This document shows, piece by piece, positions 15,215-28,954 of a DNA stretch of 64,000 bases. Every line of letters starts with the position of its first letter. Within the stretch, counting starts at the first letter, position 1. A program made the position numbers and the translations under genes. The notes beneath the pieces are model-generated. The model saw only the letters and a list, made by a program, of their open reading frames with translations. It ran no database searches and was not told the DNA's origin. The stretch is from Eledone cirrhosa (lineage: Eukaryota). The DNA is taken from positions 15,500,001 through 15,564,000 of the forward strand of contig OZ024748.1 of NCBI GenBank assembly GCA_964016885.1, read 5' to 3'.

Positions 15215-15954
15215 ATAGATAAATCAGTGAATAAATAAAATTTACAGTCACTTGACCAAATATGCTTAATCAAATATACTTAACATGTAGATAATTCTTG
15301 CCTACATCATATATGAATGTTTAATGTGAGATTTTCCCAATAGATATAGGTGTATGTGAATGTTAGTTTAACAAATAGGTACAATCTGTAGCCATTAAAA
15401 CCCAAATACTGTAGCTACCTGTCATAATTGCTGCTTACTACCTTCCTGCCACAAGAATCTTGTAATATTCTATTAATGATAAAGCAAACTTATCTGAAAT
15501 TATTCAATTACTGTTTGATGAATTCAAAACTATTCTGGTCTGAATTGATAGAAATGTAAATATTTCTAACATAAACTGGAAGAATCATGTATTTACTGAA
15601 TATCGGTAGTGTTCATATCATTCCATGATTTTCAGGAAATACCAAAAGTTTCTTTCCTGAGGAATTTTATATTCCAATTAAAGAGAATAATAATATTTAC
15701 TAATAAACTACCTATATTTATCAATACGTACATAAATGGTTGTGGTGGAGAAGTACATATATGTATGTGTGGTTTAGCAGTGCAATTATGGCTGTGAGTT
15801 TGAGAAGTGTATATATGGCTGTGTGATATGGTATGGTATGGTATTGTATAGTATTTATGGTCCCATAGCTCTTGATGTAGTAGTAGGATCACTGCCAAAT
15901 ATACACCATTTCTCGGGCATTTTTAAGCTTGGCAGAGCCCATTCCTCTCCAGGC

Positions 15955-16298
15955 CTAGCTGTGTGGTTAAAAAGTATATATATAGCTATGGTTGAGAAGT
16001 GTATATTTGGCTGTGGTTAAGAAGTGTATATATATAGCTGTGGTGAAGAAGTGTATATATAGCTGTGGTGAAGAAGTGTATATATAGCTGTGGTGAAGAA
16101 GTGTATATATGGCTGTGGTTAAAAAGTGTATATATATAGCTGTGGTGAAGAAGTGTATATATATAGCTGTGGTTAAGAAGTGTGTATATAGCTGTGGTGA
16201 AGAAGTGTATATATGGCTGTATGGTTGAGAAGTGTATATATATATAGCTGTATGGTAAAGAAGTACATATAGGGCTGTGTGGTTAAGAAGTACATATC
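15955..16298. repeat. 23-27 bp minisatellite (atatagctgtggtgaagaagtgtat)
   Basis: About 13 tandem copies. Confidence 0.9.
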
Positions 16299-16302
16299 TA
16301 TA

Positions 16303-16800
16303 TCTTGGTTGTCCATCGTAAATGATGATGACATCTTTATTTTAGTTCCCGTCTGCCATGGGCACGAAGGTGGCTGTGGAGGCCAATCCTTGACTTTCAG
16401 GTCCAGGGATACCTGTTACCTCTGCCCCTCGCTGCAGGGATTTGGAAGTGCACGCTAAAGAAGAAACATGTGCGGGAAAGGTTTATAGTGGGAGGGCCAG
16501 TGCACAGTGACGGTCCCACTCACCCGTCGCAGAAGCCATAATCCGGTGGTGGAGAGGACCGTCACGACCAGGGACTTCCTTGGCTGCAGTGGATGGCCAC
16601 GACGTCTGTAGTTCCTTGCCGTGCCCTAGCACACCACACCGCTTGCTGTCGCCACCTTCGTAACCATTGGGATGATGTTGTCCTCCTCCACCGGGTCCAG
16701 TCTTCACATGCAGGGGTAGGCATCCCCTATCTAACTCACCGGGGGGTTTCAGACCTGTCCGGCTACCCTCAACCTGGTTTGGCCCACCAGCCAAGGCAGT
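16303..16800 (-). mobile_element. GC-rich, probably non-autonomous RTE-derived element
   Basis: GC-rich island with no credible ORF; ends in catcatcatttacgatggacaaccaag; resembles RTE UTR-derived elements from recall. Confidence 0.4.
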
Positions 16801-17066
16801 CTATATATGTACTTCTTAATCACCTGGATCTAGATGCTGGTTATTTTATTGGCCACCAGTGGCCATGCTGGGGCACCACCTTCAAAGATATGACAGATAG
16901 CAGTACAGCAACTGTATTTAGATGGTAAAGATGTTCACCTCACAACCACATGGTTCCTTGGTTTGATCTGATCATGAAGCACTTTAGGCAATTGTCTTCT
17001 GCTAGGGTCTTGTGAAGGACAACAATAACTCATGAATGGAATTTCAGAAATAGAGACTATGTAGAA

Positions 17067-17144
<78 letters not shown>

Positions 17145-17243
17145 TGCGCGTGCGTGCGTGCGTGTTGTGTGAATAATGTGGTAATATGTATGCATGGTAA
17201 GACTGTTTAAAATTATAACCAGATCTAATTTACATATAATATT

Positions 17244-17566
17244 GCTTAGTGGTTAGAGCATTGGCCTTGCAATCGAAAGGTTGTGAGTTCAATTCTCAGA
17301 CCGAGTGATGTGTTGTTTTCTTGAGCAAGACACTTTATTTCACATTGCTCCAGTTTACTCAGCTGTAGAAATGAGATGATAGGGACTGGGGTCCCTATCA
17401 TTCCACTGCAAAGTGGTCGTGGTGGTGCCACGGCAAAAAAGCACCCAGCACTCACTGTAAATGAGGTTGGTGTTAGGAAGGGCATCCAGCTGTAGAAATC
17501 AAGCCAGAATCAGTTCCCGTCCCACCCTTGCAAGCAGGGAAAAGCGGACATAAAATGAAATGAATG
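17244..17566 (+). mobile_element. CORE-like SINE B1
   Basis: Near-identical to the reverse complement of 12026-12375. Confidence 0.9.
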
Positions 17567-17714
17567 TCAATAATATAATTTCTAATCTAGAAACAAGGCC
17601 ACCAAATTTTGGGGAAGTATAGAGAATTGATTGAATGAACCTTAGTACTTAACTGGTACTTTATTTTATCAACCCCGAAAGGATGAAAGGCAAAGTTGAC
17701 ACCTTCAAATCACA

Positions 17715-18010
17715 GCATCGGCACCTGTATTTAGATGCTAGTTATTTTATTGACCACCAGTAGCCATGCTGGGGCACCACCTTGAAAGGTATGACAGCAG
17801 TATCAGTTCCTGTATATAGATGCTAGTTATCCTATTGACCATGAGTGGCCATTCTGCGGTCCCACCTTCACAAGTATGACAAATAGCATCTGGATTCAGA
17901 TGCTAGTTATTTATTGACCAGCAGTGGCCAAGCTGGGGCACCACCTTCAAAGGTAAGACAAATAGCAACACAGTACCTGTATGTAGATGCACGTTATTTT
18001 ATTGACCTCT
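17715..18010. repeat. Degenerate tandem repeat, about 80-90 bp unit (also at 16820-16925)
   Basis: agatgctagttattttattgaccaccagtggccatgctggggcaccaccttcaaa recurs 3-4 times. Confidence 0.75.
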
Positions 18011-19179
18011 GCCACTCAGGAACAAGAAGCTATACATATTTGACCAAGGTGAAATTGGAAATCATATTGCAAAGAGAAAGAGATGCAATGAAAATACCAC
18101 AACACAAGGTCTTCTGTTTGACACTCTACTGATTCTTCTATATGCTGTTGTTAATTATTTAATTTTGAACTGGTTTGTTGTGAATTTCTGTGGAGTAAAA
18201 AAAAAAAATTCCTAACACAAAACAAAATTCCTGCAGTATTCAGCTGATCAGTTTGGAATGGTGATTGGCAGAGTAGCAGGAGAGAGAGAGAGATGAAGAG
18301 AGAACTTCATCAAGAGATTAAACAGATAAAAAAAGAAAAATGAAATAAAATGAAATAAAATAGAATAAAATTTATTAATTTACTGTTTAGCTAACCTTTC
18401 CAACTGTTAGCTCACTTGGGAAAATGTATCAATTTTCTAGGAATCTCTTGGCAAATATTGTTGAAATTTATAGAAGAAGTTAATCAATCATTTATTTGAT
18501 AATGAAATTGAATGTCTAAGTATGTAAAGCCATCTGCAGGACACAGAGGATCAATTTAACTAAAGAACTACTTTCACAACAATAACAACGAGCAACTAAT
18601 CAACTAGATACTATAGACTATATACATCGCTACTTAACTTTTAACATCTTGCATAGATTTAGTAGAAAATATCTAAAAACAGATTTGTTAATTCAAATGT
18701 TTATAATATCGATGGATGGATGGATTGGTGAATGGATTTTCCCATAACTCTTGGGGGAGTCACATTGGTGCCATATTGACATATGTGAGAATGAGATATA
18801 GAGAAAGAATCGACTCCAGTACTTGACTGGTACTTATATATGTGTTTATATTTATCTAATTTTACATAAGAACCTTTGTTAAATAAATGAAATCATAATG
18901 AAAATTTGATCTAAACACTAGTTATATTCCAAATACTTGCTTATTTCCAAAATTATTTGAAAATTATAGACAGTGTCTTTCATTAGAAATATGGTGATGA
19001 AAGAGTTAAACCAACCCTAGTTTGTGACTGGTACATTATTTTCTTGATTCTGGAAGGATGAAAGGGTAAATGTGGCTATGGTGGGGGTATGAACTCAGAT
19101 GATAAAGAGCCATAAATAAAGTACCACAAGACATTTCATCCAACAGTTTAACTAATCAGACCATCTACTAATCCCTCTG

Positions 19180-19430
19180 ATCGATAGACAAGATCCCAGA
19201 TCTCATTTGCTGGCCAAGTGAAGTGGTCCTTGTCAAATCGGACCAAGGAAACAATGTTTCCAATAGTATTTCCATTGCTGATACTATCTACTGGTTACAA
19301 CTCCTGGCAGAAAGAGCAACATGAAATAAAGTGGCTTGCTCAAGAACACAACGTATCACCCAGTCCGAGAATTGAACTCACAACCTCATTATTGCTAATC
19401 CATCTGTCTAATCACTAAACCATGCACCAT
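19180..19430 (-). mobile_element. CORE-like SINE B2
   Basis: Homologous to 685-947. Confidence 0.65.
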
Positions 19431-20012
19431 CCACAATACTTGACAGTAAATGGTACCATGGGTTGGCATGGTTTTTTTTATTAACAACTAATAAGTTTTC
19501 TGTACAAATTTCCTGCAGGATTTTCCATTTAACGGTTGGAAATTGTTGAATATGTATTCCTTTGTTAACATAACTGACAACAGAGATCAATAATTAGCAA
19601 GATTTCTGAAAATTTTATATTGATAGATTGACATTATATGCAAAAGGGGGAAATATATTTGCCATCAACTTAATACAATCAAACTGACAAAATGCACTCG
19701 TCCAAATTATCCCTATAGGCTTTTCAACATATCTATTTCTATTTTAAGTTGATTTATACATCTGAGTAATGTATATAGCTTTCTAATTGGGTCACTCTAT
19801 ATTTTAACAATCTTTATATACATGTACATCATCATCATTTAATATTTAACTTTCTATGCTGGCGTGGATTAAATGAAGTGTCAGAGACTAAGTCAGTACT
19901 TAAGGTTTCTGTCCTTTCATTGAGAAGTTAGGAGCTCACATCTCTTTTAGGTATGTACTATGGTTTGATATGGTTTTTTATGAATACATTCCTATCACCA
20001 ACAATTTTACTT

Positions 20013-20206
20013 ACTATATATACTCAAATATAAGCCAACCATTTCATTTTATGTCTGAGAAATAGGCAAAAATCCAAACCGCAGTTTTTAAGCCTAGGCA
20101 ACTAATCAACACACATTTAGATCACAAATATAAGCTGACCCCCTCCCCAACTGTTTTACCATCAATACTTTCATCACATATTCCTTAGCTTATATTCAAG
20201 TCATAT
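20013..20206. mobile_element. Degenerate Tc2/pogo-like MITE
   Basis: Imperfect TIRs tatactcaaatataagc / gcttatattcaagtcata. Confidence 0.4.
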
Positions 20207-20263
20207 CCTAAAATTATATCCCAGTATGTCATATCCTAAAATTTCTGTTTAGTGTCAGAAGAC

Positions 20264-21838
20264 ATGGCGGTGGTGTATATGGTGGTGGTGTATATGGTGC
20301 TGGTGTATATGGCAGTGGTGTATATGGTGGTGGTGTATATGGTGCTGGTGTATATGGCAGTGGTGTATATGGTGGTGGTGTATATGGTGCTGGTGTATAT
20401 GGTGCTGGTGTATATGGTGGTGGTGTATATGGTGCTGGTGTATATGGCAGTGGTGTATATGGTGGTGGTGTATATGGTGCTGGTGTATATGGCAGTGGTG
20501 TATATGGTGGTGGTGTATATGGTGCTGGTGTATATGGTGCTGGTGTATATGGCAGTGGTGTATATGGTGGTGGTGTATATGGTGCTGGTGTATATGGCAG
20601 TGGTGTATATGGTGGTGGTGTATATGGTGCTGGTGTATATGGCAGTGGTGTATATGGTGGTGGTGTATATGGTGGTGGTGTATATGGTGCTGGTGTATAT
20701 GGCAGTGGTGTATATGGTGGTGGTGTATATGGTGCTGGTGTATATGGCAGTGGTGTATATGGTGGTGGTGTATATGGTGCTGGTGTATATGGTGCTGGTG
20801 TATATGATGTTGGTGGTGTACATGGCGGTGGTGTATATGGTGGTGGTGTATATGATGCTGGTGGTGTACATGGCAGTGGTGTATATGGTGGTGGTGTATA
20901 TGATGCTGGTGGTGTACATGGCAGTGGTGTATATGGTGCTGGTGTATATGATGCTGGTGGTGTACATGGCAGTGGTCTACATGGCAGTGGTGTATATGGT
21001 GCTGGTGTATATGGTGCTGGTGTATATGATGCTGGTGGTGTACATGGCAGTGGTCTACATGGCAGTGGTGTATATGGTGGTGGTGGTGGTGTACATGGCA
21101 GTGGTGTACATGGCAGTGGTGTATATGGTGCTGGTGTATATGATGCTGGTGGTGTACATGGCAGTGGTGTACATGGCAGTGGTGTATATGGTAGTGGTGG
21201 TGGTGTACATGGCAGTGGTGTACATGGCAGTGGTGTATATGGTGCTGGTGTATATGATGCTGGTGGTGTACATGGCAGTGGTGTATATGGTGCTGGTGTA
21301 TATGATGCTGGTGGTGTACATGGCAGTGGTGTACATGGCAGTGGTGTATATGGTAGTGGTGGTGGTGTACATGGCAGTGGTGTACATGGCAGTGGTGTAT
21401 ATGGTGCTGGTGTATATGATGCTGGTGGTGTACATGGCAGTGGTGTACATGGCAGTGGTGTATATGGTGCTGGTGTATATGGTGCTGGTGGTGTACATGG
21501 CAGTGGTGTACATGGCAGTGGTGTATATGGTGGTGGTGGTGGTGTACATGGCAGTGGTGTATATGGTGCTGGTGTATATGATGCTGGTGGTGTACATGGC
21601 AGTGGTGTACATGGCAGTGGTGTACATGGCAGTGGTGTATATGGTGGTGGTGGTGGTGTACATGGCAGTGGTGTACATGGCAGTGGTGTATATGGTGGCG
21701 TGATTGGTGTACATGGCAGTGGTGTATATGGTGGCGTGGTGGTGTACATGGCAGTGGTGTACATGGCAGTGGTGTATATGGTGTATATGATGCTGGTGGT
21801 GTACATGGCAGTGGTGTATATGGTGGCGTGGTGTATAT
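20264..21838. repeat. 15-bp minisatellite (ggtgtatatggtgct and variants)
   Basis: About 100 units with higher-order variants; produces the spurious ORFs in 20229-21864. Confidence 0.95.
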
Positions 21839-22044
21839 GATAAGATTTTATAGCCAATTAGCACCGAAAAACACTTGAGATGAAGAGAATGACAGATGTT
21901 GTGGAATAAACCATATGAGGGGAGAATTTGCAGGAATAAACATTTTGTAAGTAATATTATGAAGACATTAATATGAAGAGTTTGGAAAAATTACAAAGCA
22001 GCTTTCTACAGAACACCATAAAAGAGAACTAATAGGGAGAGCAT

Positions 22045-22156
22045 GTGTATAAATACAGATTGTGTATGTGTGTGTATATACACACAAATGTATGCAAATA
22101 TATATATATATATGTGTGTGTCTGTGTGTGTGTGTGTGTGTGCGTGTGATATGCAA

Positions 22157-22187
<31 letters not shown>

Positions 22188-22192
22188 ATATG

Positions 22193-22231
<39 letters not shown>

Positions 22232-22262
22232 CTGTGTGTGTGTGTGTGTGTGTGATATGCAA

Positions 22263-22297
<35 letters not shown>

Positions 22298-22305
22298 ATA
22301 TGCAA

Positions 22306-22344
<39 letters not shown>

Positions 22345-22385
22345 ATATGCAAATATATATATATGTGTGTGTGTGTGATATGCAA

Positions 22386-22420
<35 letters not shown>

Positions 22421-22463
22421 ATATGCAAATATATATATATATATATGTGTGTGTGATATGCAA

Positions 22464-22498
<35 letters not shown>

Positions 22499-22506
22499 AT
22501 ATGCAA

Positions 22507-22537
<31 letters not shown>

Positions 22538-22606
22538 ATATGCAAATATATATATATATATATATGTGTGTGTGTCTGTGTGTGTGTGTGCGTGTGTGAT
22601 ATGCAA

Positions 22607-22640
<34 letters not shown>

Positions 22641-22995
22641 CTGTGTGTGTGTGTAATATGCAAATATATATATATGTGTGTGTGTGTGATATGCAAATAT
22701 ATACTTAGACAGACATGCACACACACACACAGATATGCATATATGTTCGTGTGTGTATATATACACACAAATATATGCATATGAGTGTGTGTGTGTGCGT
22801 ACACACAAATATATGCATATATGTGTCTATATACACACACAAATATATGCATATGAGTGTGTGTGTGTGTGTACACACAAATATAAGCAGATATGTGCGT
22901 GTGTGTATATATACACACAAATATATGCATATGAGTGTGTGTGTGTGTGTGTACACACAAATATATGCAGATATGTGTGTGTGTGTGTGTGTTTG
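22045..22995. repeat. Compound microsatellite gatatgcaa(at)n(gt)n
   Basis: Directly visible. Confidence 0.95.
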
Positions 22996-23089
22996 TGAGA
23001 GAGAGAGGAAGATAGATGGAGAATGAAAGAAGAGGTGGGGTGAACTATTAAGGAAGTATTTACTTTCAGCACTGACAGAGTGAAATCCC

Positions 23090-24972
23090 CATCAGCCCCA
23101 TCACCTGAATCCTCATCATCACCACCATCAGCAACACGACCACAACCATCATCATTACCGTCATCACCCACACCATCATCATCATCATCATCATCAATAC
23201 TGTCACCACCACCATCACCTCCACCACCACAACCACCATCATCATCATCATCATCAATACTGTCAACACCACCACCTCCACCACCACAACCACCATCATC
23301 ATCATCATCATCATCAATACTGTCAACACCGTCATCACCTACACCACACAACCATCATCATCATCACCACCACCATCACCTACACCACCAAATCCATCAT
23401 CATCATCAATACTGTCAACACCGTCATCACCCACACCATCATCATCACCATCATCATCAATACTGTCATCACCACCATCACCTACACCACCACAACCATC
23501 ATCATCACCATCATCATCAATACTGTCACCACCACCATCATCATCATCACCATCATCATCAATACTGTCAACACCGTCATCACCCACACCACCACAACCA
23601 TCATCATCATCATCAGCATCATCAATACTGTCACCACCACCATCATCATCATCATCATCAATACTGTCAACACCGTCATCACCCACACCACCACAACCAT
23701 CATCATCATCACCATCATCATCAATACTGTCACCACCACCATCACCTACACCACCACAACCATCATCATCATCACCATCATCATCAATACTGTCATCACC
23801 ACCACCACCTACACCACCACAACCATCATCATCATCATCATCATCATCAATACTGTCACCACCACCATCACCTACACCACCACAACCATCATCATCATCA
23901 CCATCATCATCAATACTGTCACCACCACCATCACCTACACCACCACAACCATCATCATCATCACCATCATCAATACTGTCAACACCGTCACCACCTACAC
24001 CACCACAACCATCATCATCACCATCATCATCAATACTGTCACCACCACCATCACCTACACCACCACAACCATCATCATCATCATCACCATCATCAATACT
24101 GTCAACACCGTCACCACCTCCATCATCATCATCATCATCATCAATACTGTCAACACCGTCACCACCTACACCACCACAACCATCATCATCATCATCATCA
24201 TCAATACTGTCACCACCACCTACACCACCACAACCATCATCATCATCATCATCATCATCAATACTGTCACCACCACCATCACCTACACCACCACAACCAT
24301 CATCATCATCACCATCATCAATACTGTCAACACCGTCACCACCTACACCACCACAACCATCATCATCATCATCATCATCATCAATACTGTCACCACCACC
24401 ATCACCTACACCACCACAACCATCATCATCATCACCATCATCATCAATACTGTCACCACCACCATCACCTACACCACCACAACCATCATCATCATCATCA
24501 TCATCAATACTGTCATCACCACCACCACCTACACCACCACCTCCACCACCACAACCATCACCATCATCATCAATACTGTCATCACCACCATCACTCACAC
24601 CACCACAACCATCATCATCATCATCATCATCATCATCACCATCATCATCAATACTATCACCACCACGATCACCTACACCACCACAACCATCATCATCATC
24701 ATCATCATCAATACTGTCAACACCACCATCACCACCACAACCATCATCATCATCATCATCATCAATACTGTCAACACCACCATCACCACCACAACCATCA
24801 TCACCACCACAACCATCATCACCACCACAACCACCATCATTATCACTATCGTCATCATCAACACCATCACTATCACCACAACCACCATCACCATCATTAC
24901 TGTCATCAACATCACCATCAACATCACCATCACCAACACCACCACAATTATCATCATCATCATCATCATCAT
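23090..24972. repeat. Compound (CAT)n/(CAC)n repeat with anchor tcaatactgtca
   Basis: About 30 higher-order units of roughly 55-60 bp; source of the poly-His and poly-Asp ORFs. Confidence 0.95.
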
Positions 24973-25364
24973 TTTACAGGGTTGAATGAAATAGTTGAGG
25001 TAACTTCAACTTCAGTTAACAACAAAGAGTCTCTCTCTCTCTCTCTCTCTCTACATCTTAAACCATTCTCTCATTGTTCTCTCTCTATCCCTCTCTCTAT
25101 ATGTCTTTCTCCTTCCATCCCCCACCCCCATCTTTCTCATCCCCTCCGCTCTCTCCTTGAACAGAGGGAAAATTTAAAATCCGCATGATGTGTTGTCTGT
25201 GTGAGAATTGCGATGTTACAGGATAGAGAGGCACGGGTAGTGAATGCTGAGAGGAAGGATATGTGGAGGCTGGAGAGGAAGGAATGGAACAGGTGTAAAA
25301 GGATGAGAAATGTTAGTGTGTGCATGTATGGTGTCGGGATACAGAAAAGTATAATAATAATAAT

Positions 25365-25580
25365 AAGTGTTTCTACTTTTGGCACAAGGCCAGCAATTTT
25401 GGCGGGGGGGGGGGGGGGGGGGCGATTAAATTGACCCCAGTGCGTGACTGGTACTTTATTTTATCGACCCCATAAGGATGAAAGGCAAAGTTAACCTCAG
25501 CGGGATTTTGAACTCAGAACGTAACTGGCCATAACTATGCTGCAAAGTTTGGTGCCTGATGCACTACCGATACTGCAATA
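25365..25580 (-). mobile_element. SINE family A
   Basis: Consensus match with a poly-G internal insert. Confidence 0.85.
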
Positions 25581-25774
25581 ATTAAAATTGTGTACAGTAT
25601 AGTACATAGAATAATGTACAAATGTCAGGAAAGTGAACAGTGTATGGGTCATGATATATACACAGGCACATGCATGCATGTGTACACGGGGGGTCAGGTG
25701 TAGTGTTGATGAATTTCAGGAAGAATGAAAAAGAATAATAAAAACATGAAGGTAGTACATATGGATTAATGATA

Positions 25775-25925
25775 TGACAGGTGTTACAAGTGGAAGGAAG
25801 CCAAGGGTGTGGAAGACCAAGAAAGACGTGGGCAGAGGTGGTGAAAGCTAACCCCAGGAAACTAAATCTTACAAAAGAGATGTCAAAGGAAAAAGCCAAA
25901 TGGAGAACTGCTGTGCTGGAAAAAT
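25775..25925 (+). mobile_element. Old RTE C-terminal remnant
   Basis: Translates VLQVEGSQGCGRPRKTWAEVVKANPRKLNLTKEMSKEKAKWRTAVLEK (GRPRKTW motif). Confidence 0.7.
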
Positions 25926-25986
25926 GAACTTGTATAATCCATGAAGAATTGAGGTGAGTGGGAGAGGGACGAGCTTACATATTGAA

Positions 25987-26078
25987 GCATGTCTGAGGAT
26001 CTTTCGATTCCAGAGTCTGGTTTGATCAATAATGGATCGTTCTTCGAGCTAATTGACAGTGAAACATATGTAATATGT
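25987..26078 (+). ncRNA. Type I hammerhead ribozyme-like motif with long stem II insert
   Basis: gcatgt-CTGAGGA-(about 60 nt)-GAAA-catatg-TA-atatgt: stem I pairs with wobbles and stem III is palindromic; stem II pairing is unclear. Confidence 0.55.
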
Positions 26079-26296
26079 TATTAAATATGTTATGATGTGC
26101 AATATTGATTCTTTGTTCCTTCATTCTTATACTATATCTATATATATGGTAGTAAATGGAGCAATAGGATTGTGTGCATAGGCAGTATGCCAAGATGAGT
26201 ACTCGATGCTATTGTAGAGCATAGAATCAATAGGAATAATTAGGGATCAAAGAATCAGTGTTGCATCATATAGGGCGTGAGTCTACATGTGAAAGC

Positions 26297-26388
26297 ACAT
26301 ATCTGAGAAGTTTTTTGATTTCAGAGTCAGGAACGAACATAATCGATTATTCCTCAAGCTGATTGGCAGTGAAACATATGTAATATGT
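26297..26388 (+). ncRNA. Second, degenerate hammerhead copy of the same family
   Basis: acatat-CTGAGAA-(about 60 nt)-GAAA-catatg-TA-atatgt: perfect 6-bp stem I, but G8 is changed to A. Confidence 0.45.
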
Positions 26389-26437
26389 AAATAAACATGT
26401 ATATGATGCAACACAGATTCTTTGTTCCCTAATTATA

Positions 26438-26468
<31 letters not shown>

Positions 26469-26717
26469 CAGTACGTAGATAGACATAGAGAGAGAAAGAT
26501 TCATTAATAGATAGACAGACAGACAGATAAATAGACAGATTGAACAATAGATAGATAGCTATATATATATATATAAATATATCATCATTTTACGTCCGAT
26601 TTTGCCTGTTGGCAAGGGTGAAATGGGTCCAATTCAGCACAGCATCTCTCCACTTGTCTATATATATATATAAATATATAATATAAGATCAAAAGATGGT
26701 TAAAGGAGTTCCATATA

Positions 26718-26784
26718 TTTTATTATGCGCATTTCAAAAACAAACATCATCAAGCAATAATATTTGTGTTTTCATCAGATAAAA
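26718..26784 (-). ncRNA. Type I hammerhead ribozyme
   Basis: ttttat-CTGATGA-aaacacaaatattatt(gctt)gatgatgtttgttttt-GAAA-tgcgca-TA-ataaaa: all three stems form and the core is intact. Confidence 0.8.
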
Positions 26785-26981
26785 CAGGAGAACATGATAT
26801 GAAGGCTAAAAAACACTTGTGGATAGTGCAGTTTTAAATCAACATATCAATAAAATATATGGAACTCCTTTAACCATCTTTTGATCTTATATTATGCATA
26901 CTCCAGTCCCACAAACTGTAGAGTGCTTCTTATCCGATATCTGCATTGCTTTATTGTACTACAATAAAACTCACCTCCTAC

Positions 26982-27023
<42 letters not shown>

Positions 27024-27878
27024 AGTTCAAATGATAGATATGTAGATAGATATATAGACAAATCATATGATAGATAGACAAAAAGACTGACAGGCAGGCA
27101 GGCAGGCAGGCAGGCAGAGACATACAGACAGACGGACATGTATGCGTATATGTGTGTGTTTAATCTTAGGACATTCTTATAGAAAGTAAATAAACAAAAT
27201 CAAATTTCAACCTAGAATATCAATCAGATTTACACTTAAGCAAGTAAGAGATTTTTCAAGTTAGCTGAGAACATAGGGACTTGATTATTAAATAAAGGAA
27301 ATCAGGTGTATAGTCAGGTAAGACACAGCAAAGGTAGAAAATGTTGATAATTTAATCAATAAGTAGGGACAAATCAAAGAATATTTTAGAGAACTATGAA
27401 AATCTCACTTTTAACTGTTGTTGATTCTCCTATATTTCAATGTGTGTGTTTATATATGTATGAATGTATGTATGTATGTGGCTGTGTATGTCATGAGTGT
27501 GTATGTGTGTGTGTTTATACGTGTATGCATGTATGAATGAATGTATGTATGTGTGTAAATGGATTATGTGTATGTATATGATTGTATTGTATGAGTATGT
27601 ATGTAATTGTATTATGTATGTATGTGTGTATATATATAGACATGTATGTATGTGTATGAATATATGTAATTGTATTGTGTGTACATATGTAAATGTATTA
27701 TGTATGTATATATGTGTGTGTGTGTGCACGCGCGAGTGCAAATATATATATATATTTTTATATACTTATATATGTATGCTTGTGTGTATGTGTAAATATG
27801 CACATATATTCATAAAGGCTAAGATTGTTCGTATTAGGGCTTAGAGATAAACACCTTAATGATACATATATAAAATAC

Positions 27879-27910
<32 letters not shown>

Positions 27911-28696
27911 GTGTATGTGTGTGATTGGGTGATCTTCATTTTGACGCTATATAGATATTGATTGATAAAACCGAACTGTTTAAAGCCGTCTTCATTTACA
28001 AATAATAATAATAATGATTATTTCACTATAACACACACACATATACATGTATATATACACACATATATATATCATATATACACCTATACATATATACACA
28101 TATATATATACACATATACATATATATATATATACATACATATATATACACTTACATACACATACATACACACATATATATATATATATATATACATACA
28201 TATATATACACTTACATACACATACGTACACATATACATACATATATACACATATACATACATATATGTATATATACATGTATATATAAACACACACATA
28301 CTCATACACACACACTCACATATATATGTTTGTGTGTGTATGTATAATAAAGTTCTCTGAAAAATCAATACTGAATTTGATTTAATAATCTCAGATAACT
28401 GAAATTTTCTTGAATTTATTTCTTAAATTACCAAAACAAAAATAAAGAGAAAGAAAGGAAAGAAATGAGGTAATGAGAGAAATAAATAAAGTATATATAT
28501 ATATATATATATTTATATACACAGACACGCATATATATATATATATAGACACACACACACACACATATACACCCACTCTCACACATATATATATACACAC
28601 ACAAAGCAATGAAACAAGTAAATTGACAATGACTCACTTATATCATTCCTTATATTACAAAATAAAATATAAATTCAAGAAGAAGAAGAAGAAGAA

Positions 28697-28850
28697 GAAG
28701 AGAAAGACGGGAGCTATGAAAGAAGAGAAAGAAGGGAGCTATGAAAGAAGAGAAAGAAGGGAGCTATGAAAGAAGAGAAAGACGTGAGCTATGAAAGAAG
28801 AGAAAGATGGGAGCTATGAAAGAAGAGAAAGATGGGAGCTATGAAAGAAG
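28697..28850. repeat. 25-bp minisatellite gaagagaaagatgggagctatgaaa
   Basis: 6 tandem copies. Confidence 0.9.
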
Positions 28851-28954
28851 GAAGATAAGGCTGTTTTAAAAATGGTTTCGATTTGTTGTCAATAGTAAAA
28901 GTGTTTCTAAGAAGTGATAGTAATAGAATATATATAAACACTGTATAATGGTTA

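Noticed and set aside
20229-21864. Long ORFs (542, 483, 269, 243 aa) resembling extensin or mucin
   Set aside because: Open in several frames on both strands because a 15-bp minisatellite lacks stops; no unique coding context or splice evidence.
22140-22700. CRISPR-like constant repeat with variable spacers
   Set aside because: The spacers are only length variants of (AT)n(GT)n; eukaryotic context and no cas genes.
23080-25188. 702-aa His-rich and 419-aa Asp/Gly-rich ORFs
   Set aside because: Translations of a compound (CAT/CAC)n repeat; frame-independent low complexity.
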